A stretch of DNA of 64,000 nucleotides from Prorocentrum cordatum (lineage: Eukaryota): the NCBI GenBank assembly GCA_963575745.1, contig CAUYUJ010000126.1, positions 372,001-436,000 on the forward strand, given 5' to 3'. The position numbers and the translations under genes were made by a program. Position 1 is the first letter of the stretch. Each line of letters begins with the position of its first letter. The notes beneath the pieces are model-generated. The model did no database searches and had not been told where the DNA came from. It saw nothing but the letters and a program-made list of their open reading frames with translations. This document shows, piece after piece, positions 26,301 through 38,560 of the stretch.

Positions 26301-29300
26301 TAAGTGTTGCAGCCATGGGAGTACGGGGATTGGCACGGGGCAGCTAATTGTGCTTCACAGTCGTGGTGCGGCCCTCCTCCGGGAAGAGGCCAGGCCGTTG
26401 TAAACCATCCTGGTTCACAGCCTTGGGGGGACCTTACTCATGCATTCCAGGTTACATCCCACTTGAATTAGCATTGCATGTCAAACAGATTGCACCACGC
26501 AAGGTAGCATGATGTATGTTGCAGGTACTTTAGTGCTTTCTGATGTTTGAGTTGGAATTCGAATTCAACATAGCATGTTACCACTGATAGGGCACGAAGC
26601 GGTAAAACATCACCCGTGCCTGAAACGACAGCCATGACAATTCTCCTCCTCCTCCTCCTCCTCCTCCTCCTCCTCCTCCTCCTCCTCCTCCTGCCCCCCC
26701 TTCCTCCCCGCCGCCTCCTGCCTCCTCCCCCCTCCCCCTCCCCGCGCCCATCCCCTCCCCGCCCTCCCCCGGCCCCGCACCCGGCCCAATCCCTCCCCAC
26801 CCCCATCCCTTCTCCACCCCTCCTCCTCCTCCTCCTCCTCCTCCTCCTCCTCCTCCTCCTCCCCCTCCCTCACTCCCTCCCTCCCTCCCTCCCTCCCGTC
26901 CCTCCCTCCCCCCGCCTCCCTCCTCCCTCCTCCCTCCTCCCTCCTCCCTCCTCCCTCCTCCCTCCATCCCTCCTCCCTCCTCTCTTCCTCTCCTCCTCCC
27001 ACCTCCTCGTCCCTCTTCCTCCTCCCTCCGTCCCTCTCCTCCTCCCTCCTCCCTCCTCCCACCTCCTCCCTCCTCCCCCTCCCTCCTCCCTCTCCCTCCT
27101 CACTCTCCCTCCTCGCCTCCTCCACCTCCCTCCTCCTCTCCTCCCATCCTCCCTCCTCCCTCCTCCTTCCTCCCTCCTCCCACCTCCCTCCTCACCCCTC
27201 GGTTTGGGCACCGTGGTGGCTCACCGATTATGATATCTCTCCGGGAGGGGCAGAGGATATTTGTCGGAGTATGTCAGATTCGCATGGTTTTGTGGGATGA
27301 CATGCACATGGCTGCCGCAGATGTGTTTCACAGTGTGGATCCCCAGGAGCGGAAAACTATGTTAAACGTTGATGATCAAACTTGTTAATATTGGGGGTTT
27401 GGGCACATGCGCGCCTAATTGTTGGGCTTCCAAGAGAAACGGCTTTTGAAACTGATGAACGAAGTACACGGAAATTACGATGGAAGGCGGCGGCCATGTG
27501 CGTTTCCCCTTAGAAATACGTGTGATGGTAAAGGGGGGCACACACCGTAGCGTCCGTGCTCAAGTGGGGAACGCGCGACGGGGTGGGCACATGCCGCGGC
27601 CTCGGTGGCGGCGAGGTGTGCTTTCGCCAGCGCCAGAGGTTATCGAGGTCTGCATCTCTGAGGAGGAGCAACAGGAGTCATCGTCTTCTGCAGCTNNNNN
27701 NNNNNNNNNNNNNNNNNNNNNNNNNNNNNNNNNNNNNNNNNNNNNNNNNNNNNNNNNNNNNNNNNNNNNNNNNNNNNNNNNNNNNNNNNNNNNNNTCCTC
27801 CTCCTCCTCCTCCTCCTCCTCCTCCTCCTAGTGGCTCCTAGTGACTCCGTAGCTGTCCGTTACCGCTGAGCGATAAGACAGCCAAAAAAACAGTGCAGAG
27901 GCAAGGACCGACATGGGTCCAGGCGGTGGCGGACGACTTGCCCGTCTGAACATTCCACCTGAGAGGAGCAGACCTCCCGAAGCTCGCCCCTGAGCTGGGG
28001 TCCACTCCGTTCCTGAGCATTCTGAGACTATTCGCTGCGTCACGGTTGCGAGGACCGCCTTGGCACACAGACCCCAGGAGCTGGGACCGAGCGGACCCGA
28101 ACGCTCCGCAGCCCGCGCACCAGGCCACACGACCCCCTCCGAGCCAGAGCCTGTGGCTCCGATGCGCAGTCCTCGCAACCCCCGGCGGACCGCCGCAAGG
28201 CGTAAAAGCTATGTGTCCTCGTGCGGACTCTCTCGCCGCACGTCGCACACCTGTACTGCTTGCCCGTTTTCTCGATCAAGTGCCCGTTGGGCTCGGGAAT
28301 TAACTGCAAAACCTGGGGCTTGGGCCTTCTAGGCCTCCGTGCCCGCGCAACATCAGGGAAACCTTTCACCGAAAGGTCGTTCATGACCTCGGCTATCAAC
28401 CAGGCCGATTGTTTGACTAAGCTCGCATTCTGCTTGAGCTGAGCCTTAATCAGAGGGTTCGTGGGATGAGCTCGGGCCCCTAGCTTGGCCAGCTCATCGG
28501 CCCGCCTGTTGCCCCTCCACCCCCACTCACACACTCCTTGCCTGCGGGCCTGACCGAGGGAGAGGTGAGACCTCACCCTACGTACCGAAATCAGATCACG
28601 TCCCAGAACCTCCGATGAACTGAACACCTCCTTCCACAGCTGTGAATACGCAACATCCTCCAAGTTCTGTTCTGGGCCGAACCCCCAAATATCCTCTACC
28701 ATCTTGCATCCCGCAATCACATCAAGCCCCATGCGGTCCCGCCAGGCGCAACGCCACGAGTAGAGCGCGCACCTCCCCCGCCCCGGCAAGCTGCACGACA
28801 TGTGGCAGGGGGCCGCACGCCGAGCCGACAATGCGCCCGCCCTGCGCGACCGCGACCACCGCCCACCCCGCACGCGCCAGGGAGGGATGATCTTGATCAT
28901 ATCCTGATCCGTCGAGGCACACTCGTCTGTCGAGCACCCCGTTCGGCGGGGCCACGCCCCACTTGTAACCCGCTTGCTAGCACGGCGTGGGCCGCGCCCA
29001 CCCCACGCAGGGGAACAGCGCCCTCGTGTGGAGCGCCTCCGTGCCTGGTACAACTGGTGTGTCCAGCAGCTCCTGAACATCGGGATCTCGAATTCGGGGT
29101 TGATGGGCAGGGCAGCGAAACCTGTGCAAAGCTGAACCGACCTCCTCTTGGCACAGCAAACACCGGTTGTCTACGACTCCCCTGTCCTGGCACAGCTTAT
29201 CATGCGTCTGGTGCCCGCCTGCGACCGCGCCCGCGAGACCCGCTGCCGCCTGCCACCTGCCCTTGGCCCTGAGGTCCCTGAGCACATCGATGACGGGTCC

Positions 29301-32300
29301 CAGCAGTGGCCCCTCGTCGAGGCCTTCGACGCGCCCACCCCCAAGACTCCTGGCCAAGGCTCCCGAACGCACCTTTCCAGAACCATCTTCAGAGAGCGTC
29401 CTCCAAGATATTCCAAGTCGATCTCTAACCCAGAGTTGGTCACGAACAGGTTCCAGGCCCTCGGTTCCAGGCCTATCCGTCTGAGGGTCAAGACGACCGC
29501 ACCTGCAGGACCTCGCACCTGGCTCCAGTCGAAGTCCTGCTTGTCTCTGAAAAAATGAAAGCTCTGCTGCATCGCCTTGGGCTCCGCCCACCTGCTTGCT
29601 CCGTACTGCCTGCCCCCGCATGGGCAGCGGCAACAAATTCGAGTCGAAAGCGGGGTCTCCCTTGGGCTCCTCGCTGAGCAAGAATTCCAGGGTCCTGCCC
29701 CTGCCCTCGGGGGCCCCAAAAACTGCAGCTCGCACCGCACTCCTGATCTGCTGGAGTTTCGAAGTGGCCACCCCATTCACTCTAGCTCCGTAGGTAGTCG
29801 AGGCCAAGCCTCCCGCTCTCGCAACCCTCATCATTCCTCTCCTGGAACTCCTGAGCCCGCGGATCCGACCCTGACGCCCCTTGAGGCGCCTCAGCCTAGC
29901 CTGCAGCACTTTGGACCCGCGGGTACCCGTTTTAGCCATAGTTTGGTCGCACCCCAAATTCCTTCCTGAAAGCGCCCCTTCGAAGTTCCACTTCCGAAGC
30001 TTTAGCCTGACCTCCACCTGCGACGAATGTCCTGGCGACTGTGATGTGATATCGTCGACGACGTTGTATATGCCTATGCTACCGAAATGCTCTCTGGTCG
30101 CGTCCAGCGGGTCTAACAACAGGCAACTGAGCCAGCTGGCGGCTTCTCCGCAGCCTGCTAGGATATCTTGGTCGACCTCCGCAATCAATATCAACGCGCA
30201 CACTCCTAAGATACTGATGATCCTCTTGCCGCGGCACAGAGACAGCTTCAAGCGGAGTCGAATGAGGTCATATTTGCGTTTGACCACAGCTCGAGCCAGA
30301 AGGGAATGATTCACCTTCTCGTAGGCCTTGGTTAAATCCACCAGGCCGCATGCCGAACAACCTCCTGCGCTGAGATGATGTTCGACCACTAGACTCTGCC
30401 CCAATACCGCTCTCTCGCAACTTCTACCCGGAATTCCATACATGTAAGGCCTTCTGACAGAGGCCTCCCGCGCACGGATCTCGGGTCGATCTAACTTCGA
30501 GAAGACTCTGATTGGGGCGGGCAACAGGCCTATCGGTCGAAAACCTCCTTCAGGCTTACCAAACATCGCGAGGACCGTGGCCAGCATCAAGGCGGGATAC
30601 GTCCCAAGACACCCCATCCACACCCAGAGCTCTCCCAACACCTCGAGGATCCCATCCGTGGCCTTGTCGAGGTCCCTGGGCCTGAGCATGTCGATCCCGC
30701 ACGCCGTGAACCTCTTAAACCTCCCGGCAGCAGCCCTGATCTCGACGGGGGACTTCGGGGGGCCCACGGGGTGTTTGAGCTCGCAACCTTGTTCCTGCGC
30801 CTGCTTACCTAACTCGCTAGTGAGGTGCTCGATGGGATCGGGAAGACTCCTAGCAGCCTCTGGAGGGGTCCAATGCCTAAGCCAATAACCGTACAGGTCG
30901 TCCACCTTCTCCTGCGGGCCCATCGGTACTCTCGGGGCATCAGACTTCTCGGCGCCTGCTGGGGCCTCGGGAATCCAACCTATGGGAACTTGGCTGCACT
31001 TGTGTGCTTGGCCCCCTTCCGTTGGCCACTGCTTGCTTGACCCACTCGTGCCGCTGCCTGGACCGCTCTGCGCCAAGCGATATCTCCAGTGACTGCGAAA
31101 AACGACCAGCTTCTTCGCTCCAGCGTCGAAGCAGTACCACATCTGCACTCAACAACTCCCTGGTGGAAGGCCTCCAGCCTTCCCCATCTTGCTGCTCTCG
31201 AAGCTGGTGAGGGCCCCGTCGAATCTGTCTCAGGATCCCCGAAGTGTTAGCCTTCTCCCACCCCGAAGCGCTACTCCTGAGGTAAACCAACTCCTGGGGC
31301 CAAATCTCGACTCTCTTCCATCCTCTGCTCCGAGTGCAGCCTACAGGGTACTTGCCTCCAGAGGTCTTCAAGGCTGGCACCATCCTAAACTCGGGTTCCT
31401 TGGACCTCCCCAAATAATACTTCTGATCCGTGACCCGATGGTACTCGCCAGAGCTCCACATCTAGAGCCCCAATAAACTGCTCATATCAACGATCCAGAG
31501 CCTCCTTTCCGCCTTGCTGCCTTGCCTGTGCTAGCAGCTGGCGGTAGTCGCGGGGCTCGGGCCTCGGGCCCACGACAACCTCATTGGGAAAGGCGGCAGG
31601 CTTCTCGAGCACCCTGACCTCGTGCTCCATGGGCTTGCCCTTAAACTGCACGATGGCAGGCCAGTGCGGCTTGGTGGTTGCCTTCCTATTGAGATGGCAA
31701 GAGTGCACGTTCGCCGCAAGACCTGCTGACATCACAAAGTAGTCGATCGTCCTCCAGACCTTGGCTGTCGACTTACATGTGCACGTGGTGGGATGTACAA
31801 CCTGCCCCCCAAGTTTACCAGCCTACCCCATCTCCTTGACACGCTCAGGAGAAACATCCCCGTCGCCTCCCAAGATGAACGGAAGCCCCCAGCTGTGCAA
31901 ACGTTCACCTAGACGACTAAGGATTTGACCCCCCTCAGGTCCTAGTGGATCGGCATCAGGAAGGTATACCGAGCCCGGGATAAGCCCTCCTGGTGCGAAA
32001 GTATTGATACAGCGCCAGGACTGGCGATGAGGTGCCGGCAGCTCTCGGACTGATGTTAGCGGCAGCCCCATGCCGATGTGCCTCTTGCACGCTACTACAA
32101 CTCCAGACGACAGCCCACCTGCGTCCGTAGCTATCGATGGCGAAACACTCGCATGCCATCCTAGACCTCGCAATGTTTGCTCACGCTCCTGCTGCTCTCT
32201 CGACTCGACAGTGATCTCCTGCAGAATAGCTACGCTAGACTGGCATTCCTCCCGAGATACTGCTTCGCCGACTTCCAGGATGTTGTGTTGCACGTTTCTA

Positions 32301-34637
32301 CCGAGAACCCCCGCCCTGGTCAGCCCTGGAAACTGAGCCTGCCTGCTGACGCTTAAGCTTCCTAGGATGGGTCTTACTTAGATAAAACCTCTGCGGCAAA
32401 GTTGCCCCCCAGGCAGGGCAATTCGGCACCTGCCTGGGGCAGAAGAAAGGCGGGCGACCAAGCGGCTGCAGCGGCATGGTCAGCGGCGGAGGGGGGAAGA
32501 ATGTCCCTGGTGGTGCGCCAAAAGGAGAACCCTCCCGCACCCGACGTGCGGCCCAGGCCTCCGCGCCACCTGACTCGGACGAGCCCCGTCCCCACACCCC
32601 ACCCCGCTACCCACCCGACCGTCCGCCCCCTGCGGATGTCTGGCCTGCGGCTGCGCCTCCAGCGCTGCCTGCAAAGCCCTTGCCTCCTGCTGGCGCGGCC
32701 TTGCCACCGCGGGCCAGGGCCGCCCGAGCGACCTGGCGCACGTCGCTCGGCCGCTGCTGGCCATCAGCAGCAGCACTAGTAGATGCTGGCACAGCGTCAG
32801 CCGCGGCGCCAGGCGAAGGCTGTGGGCCTCCCGCCTCGGCGCCCTCGCCCCCCCCCGCGGTGGGGGCGCCTCCGCCCTGTCCGCCAGGTGGCACGCCGTC
32901 GGCCGCCACGGCCGTCTTGCGCTTCTTGGCGGAGAGCCGCTCGACGTGCTCCTCGTGCTCCTTGGTGAGGTTCTCCGCAAACGACTTCGCGGAGCCAAAC
33001 AGCTTCTGCGCCAGCTCCGCGACCCCACGCTGCATATTCTCCTTCCTCTCGGCAGCCTGCTTCTGGCCCTCCTCGGTGGCCTCGTACAGCTTCGGGTCGA
33101 CCAGGCCGAAGAGCGTCTCACACTCCCCCAGGTCGAAGCAGCTGAGGTCGCCCTCCAACAGCTTGGACAACGGCACGCGAGGATGGGGGGTCGCTCGGCG
33201 CTCCCACCACGTTCGTGTGCAGGTGGCCCAGCAGCTCCTTGCACTGGCCGTCCGCCACCTCGAGATCGCTGCTGAGCGACTCCACCAACTGCGTCTGCTA
33301 CTGCAGCGCCGCATGCATGCGCTCGAACTTGGTGACCTCATGCTTGAGCCTCCCCATCGAGCTGCAGGACCCGCTGGTGGGCCTGCTGGGCCTGGGTATG
33401 CAGCGACGCCGTCAGCGGCTCCATGGCGAGCCGCTTCTTGTACTCTCGGATCCCCGTGTACTTGTCCACCATGGTTTGGTCCCCGATCTTGCTCGCGAGC
33501 TCGACCAAGTTGTTGACCTCCTCGATGGACAGCTCCAGCTCCTTGCTCTTGATGCCAGGCGGCGGCTGCAAACCCGCCGCCCGCGGTGCCAGCCCTGGTG
33601 GGCTGTCGTTGTCTGTCCCGACGGAATCGGCGCTCTCGTCTGACGCAGCCTCATCCCATGACTTCTTGCAACGCTTGCAGAACCACTGCGACCAGGGCGT
33701 CTTTTTGCACGCACAGTGCTGGCAGCGCCACGTATGAACGTGTTTGCCTCGTGGCCTGCTTGCTTCACGCTCACGACCTTCTGCTGCTTCTGCTGCGCGT
33801 CCTTTGCCCCCGTCATGTTGCCCAAACTGTCTCCACGCCATTGCACGCACGGGCGAAAGAATCCTGGTCTTGTCTGTGACGGGAAAGTCATACGCCTGAA
33901 ACTGGTAATCGTGAAGAATGGCCCTCACCCTTAGCAGGGCTGCTGGTCGAGGGTCGTGCGGGTCACTCGACCACCTTGGGCCAGAACGGCCTTGAGCCAA
34001 ATGGCTTGAGCCAACATGGCTACGGACCTCCTCCTCCAACTCCTCCTCCTCCTCCTCCTCCTCCTCCTCCTTCCTCCTCCTCCTCCTCCACCTCCTCTCC
34101 TCCTCCTCTCCTCTCCTCCTCCTCCTCCTCCTCCTCCTCCTCCTCCTCCTCCTCCTCCTCTTGCTCCTCCACCTGCCTCCTCCTCTCTCCTCCTCCTCCT
34201 CCTCCTCCTCTCCTCATCCTCCTCCTCCTCCTCCTCCTCTCCTCCTCCTCCTCCTCCTCTCCTCCTCCTCCTCCTCCTCCTCCTCCTCCTCCTCTCCTCC
34301 TCCTCCTCATCCTCCTCCTCCTCCTCCTCCTCCTCCTCCTCCTCCTCCTCCTCCTCCTCCTCTTCCTCCTCCTCCTCCCTCCTCCTCCTCCTCCTCCTCC
34401 TCCTCCTCCCTCCTCTCCTCCTGCTCCTCCTGCTCCTCCTGCTCCTCCTCCTCCTCCTCCTCCTCCTCCTCCTCTCCTCCCCTCCTCCTCCTCCTCCTCC
34501 TTATCATCATCATCATCATCATCATCATCCATCATCATCATCATCATCTCATCATCATCATCATCATCATCTCATCATCATCATCATCATCATCATCATC
34601 ACTATCATCATCATCATCATCATCAGCATCATCATCG

Positions 34638-34700
<63 letters not shown>

Positions 34701-34764
34701 ATCATATCATCATCATCATATCATCATCATCATCATCATCAGCATCACATCATCATCATCATCA

Positions 34765-34801
<37 letters not shown>

Positions 34802-34855
34802 CACCACCCACCACCACCACACCACCACCACCACCACCACCACCACCCACCACCC

Positions 34856-34910
<55 letters not shown>

Positions 34911-34917
34911 GCATCAG

Positions 34918-34964
<47 letters not shown>

Positions 34965-36056
34965 CCCTCCTCCTCGTCCTCGTCCTCGTCCTCGTCCTCT
35001 TCCTCGTTCACGTCCTCGTCCTCGTCCTCGTCCTCAACCTCGTCGTCGTCCTCGTCCTCGTCCTCGTCTTCCTCGTCGTCCTCGTTCGGGCGGCGCGCCG
35101 AGACAGACGGCCCGCCGCGCAAGTGGGTGCGGTTCCTCGTCGTCCTCGTCCTCGTCCCCGTCCTCGTTCTCGTCCTCGTCCTCCTCCTCCTCCTCCTCCT
35201 CCTCCTCCTCCTCCTCCTCCTCCTCCTCCTCCTCATCCTCCTCCTCCTCCTCTTCTTATTAATATTCTTATTATTAGTATTATTATTGTTCTTCTTCGTT
35301 TTCTCATTCTTCTGTTTCTTCTTCTTCTTCTTACTATTATTCTTCCTCATATTATTATTATTATTATTATTGTTATTATTGTTATTGTTCGTCTTCTTCT
35401 TCTTCCTCCTCTTCTTCCTCTTCCTCCTCCTCCTCCTCCTCCTGCTCCTGCTCCTGCTCCTCCTCCTCCTCCTCCTCCTCCTCCTCCTCCTCCTCCTCCT
35501 CCTCCTCCTCGTGCGGAAAACGACCTGGAACAAACGCAAGACGTGCCCGCTACGCGCCGGAGGACGACCCAAAGGAAACGCGCACCAGCGGACGACACGG
35601 AGAAAGCACGTGAGGTGCTGGCCTCATAGGGAGGGGGCTGCGGCCTGAGACTTCCTCGCAATTCACTCATAGACGAGGCTCCCGCCGTATACTTCCTCTA
35701 TAATCAGGTTTCAGGAGCCCCAAAAAGACGACGGTTACAGGGAACCGATGACCCGCCTCGGATTAGAACATGAAGTGCGGGCCCCATGGAGAGGGGGTTC
35801 CCGCCTGAGACTTTCTCGCAATTCACTCACAGACAAGTCTCCCGCCATATACTTCCTCCGTATTCAGGCCTCAGGCGCCCAAAAGTGACGACACTTACAG
35901 GAGGCCGATGACCCGCCTCGGATTCGAACATGAAGTGCGGGCCCCATCGGGAGGGGGCTCACGCCTGAAACTCCCTCGCAACTCACTCACACACGAGGCT
36001 CCCGCCCGAGACGACACACATGCGAGTGATGATCATGATGATGTGAGTGATGATGC

Positions 36057-36103
<47 letters not shown>

Positions 36104-38172
36104 GTGATGATGATCCGGCTCCAACAAGGAGGGTCGCCACCGAATCCCAGTCGCCCACCTCAAACTAGATTACGTCGGGGTGCCTCGGCCTGGCGATCGC
36201 GAGCGGTCGCGGAGCGGGGGAGGCGGGCCGAAATCGGCCTGTGCTCCACTTTTGATGGGTGGAGCCCTCGCGTCATTCTCTTCGAAAGCTCCTTAACTCT
36301 CTCTGAGGGGGGTGACCTAGGCACGGCTCGACTAGGCCCTTCGCTCGCGTGGACGACGTGTGGGCCACGCGACCCCCCCCCCCCCCGGGCGGCACAACGC
36401 GTGTGAACGGTCGAAACGTAGTTGCCACCAGGGGGGGAACTCTTCCCAGAGACTGGCAGCCGAACTCGGTTGCCCCCCTGGTGGTCCAATGCTGTTGCTG
36501 GTGCCTCCGCCCTTTGGGGCCTGCTGCTGCTGCTTCTGCACAGGCTGCTGCTCCTCCTCACTCCTGCCCCCCCCTCCCCCGCTCGCGGCCGCGGCGGCAG
36601 CTCCTGCCATCAGCGCCGCGACGGCGAAGCCTGGCCTCCCCGCCTGACCCTCCCCTCCAGAGGGCGGCGGGCAAACACTGGCTGGGATCGGGGTGCCTCG
36701 GGAGGAGCAGGCGAAGTAACTCCAGGAGACAACCCCGGAATCTGACACAATGGTGGAGCCGTGTCGCTGGCGTGGCCTGGCCGCACATGCATCACACGAC
36801 GCGTGGCTCCTCTGCTTGCAATCTGGCACCTGGTGGCGGCCAGGCCAGGAGGGTTGAACCCGTCCTCGGCCCTGAGCCAACAATCTCCCTCCTGCGCCGC
36901 CGTCCCAGCCCACCGACCCAAGCTCATTCCCAACTCATCGGCGATAGCGGCAGCTCCAGCGGGCGCGGGCCAAAAGGGGTGACAACTCGCGCCTTCTTTT
37001 GCACGGGCATCTGCACAACTGTTACCTTGACGCTGCCAGAGAGTGATGACGCCACGGTGCACCTCATTCATGGAAGCGTGTCCTTTCACTTTGGTTATCT
37101 GGATATGCTCACAGCCAACGTCGCCCGCGCGACGCCAGGAAAACTGCCAGATCTCACGGTGTGGTCTGTTACATCCTGTGGACCACTCCTCGCCACCCTC
37201 CCAACCGACAAGCAAGTCACTGAACAAATTGACTGGGGGCAAAGCATGCGCCAGCGCCTCAGCCGCGGCCAGCAACTCGCCTGCTCCCGACTCCTGGGGC
37301 CAGGGCCACGGCACTGGGCCGTAGATGCTGGAGAGCTCAGCGCCCGTGGGGTCGGTGGCGCAAGCTGCCCAGCCCGCGCGCGCCATGATGTGGTCCTGGA
37401 CCCTGGAGGCGGAGCCGTCCAAGAACACCTCGCCATGTAGGGGTTCTCCAGCTCTTGGCCCGACTGTGCGGACCATGCGCACGGCGAGCGGCGGGGGGTG
37501 GTCGCACTGGGCACCTCGACCACAGGGCGTGCTCGTCGCCGGCGTCGTGAGTGCCCCCAGAGCTCAGGAAGTGGTCGGGTTCGGGTCGTCTACCTTCCAC
37601 TGCCTGCGCATGCCGTCCAGCGCGGGGCAGGCCCAAGCCAGGGGCCTGAGGGTCCCCTTCGCCTCGCAGTCCACAGGGCAGCGCCCTGAGCTCGCCAGCG
37701 GCGGGGAGGCCTCGGAACGCCGCTGCACAGGCCAGAGGCAGCCGACGACGGCATTCCTGGCCGAGAACCAGCGTGCCGTCCATGCTGGGCTGCCCTGCGC
37801 CCTGCAGAGTCTGCGGCGCAGGCCCCTCACGGCGGCGTCCCGCCAGAGCTTCCTGATGAAGGCGGCCTGGACCTCTCGGCCGAGGGCGTGCTTGTCGATG
37901 GCCCCAAGGTCGATGGGGCGCTGCAGGTCGTCCGTCCAGCGCCTGATGTGGTCGGCCCTCCCGCCCAGACATAGGGCGGCAAGGACCGTGGCCGCTGCGG
38001 GGCCCCTCGCCACCAGGCCCTCGGTCCCCGCTGAGGCCAGGCGGCCGCGGGCCGCCGCGAAGGCGGAGCCGAGGGCCCGCCTGTCGGCATCCAGCGCCAG
38101 CTGCACCCCCTTGGCACATGCCACGATGGGTGTCACGATGTGGTCGTATAGGGGGTCGTCGCATGGCCTCTC

Positions 38173-38229
<57 letters not shown>

Positions 38230-38497
38230 AATGGAGGTGATGATTGACATGATGATTGAGATGATGATTGAGATGATGATTGAGATGATGATGGTGATGA
38301 TGATGATGACGATGATGATGATGATGATGAGGCCAGGGTTGATGATGGTGTGTGAGTGATTGAGTGCGTGATGGTGCGATCGTGTGTGGTGAGAAAGTGA
38401 CTGATGACGATGGTGCGAATGATTGAGTGAATGAGTATGCGAAGGGAGAAGAAGCTGAAGGTGTTATGATAATGATGCTGATGATGATGATGATGAC

Positions 38498-38560
<63 letters not shown>

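Larger units (their letters stand above)
27830..34026 (-). mobile_element. Full-length non-LTR retrotransposon (LINE; ORF1 plus APE-RT-RNase H), degenerate, 5' end capped by a spliced leader, flanked by (TCC)n on both sides
   Basis: ORF1 from ~33841 has a Cys motif WRCQHC..WFCKRC. APE motifs AILQE, SSGVVVA, GSVYL, PFILGGD, TIDYFVMS. RT motifs KPEGGFRPIGLL, DLTKAYEKV, ILAGC, NVVDDI. RNase H motifs CLDGSG, RAGWAVV, AGAGE, VRSH, GNRRADELAKLGA. Confidence 0.92.

Noticed and set aside
27845..27853. tccgtagc resembling the SL 5' end
   Set aside because: Only 8 nt, on the opposite strand to the LINE; expected by chance.
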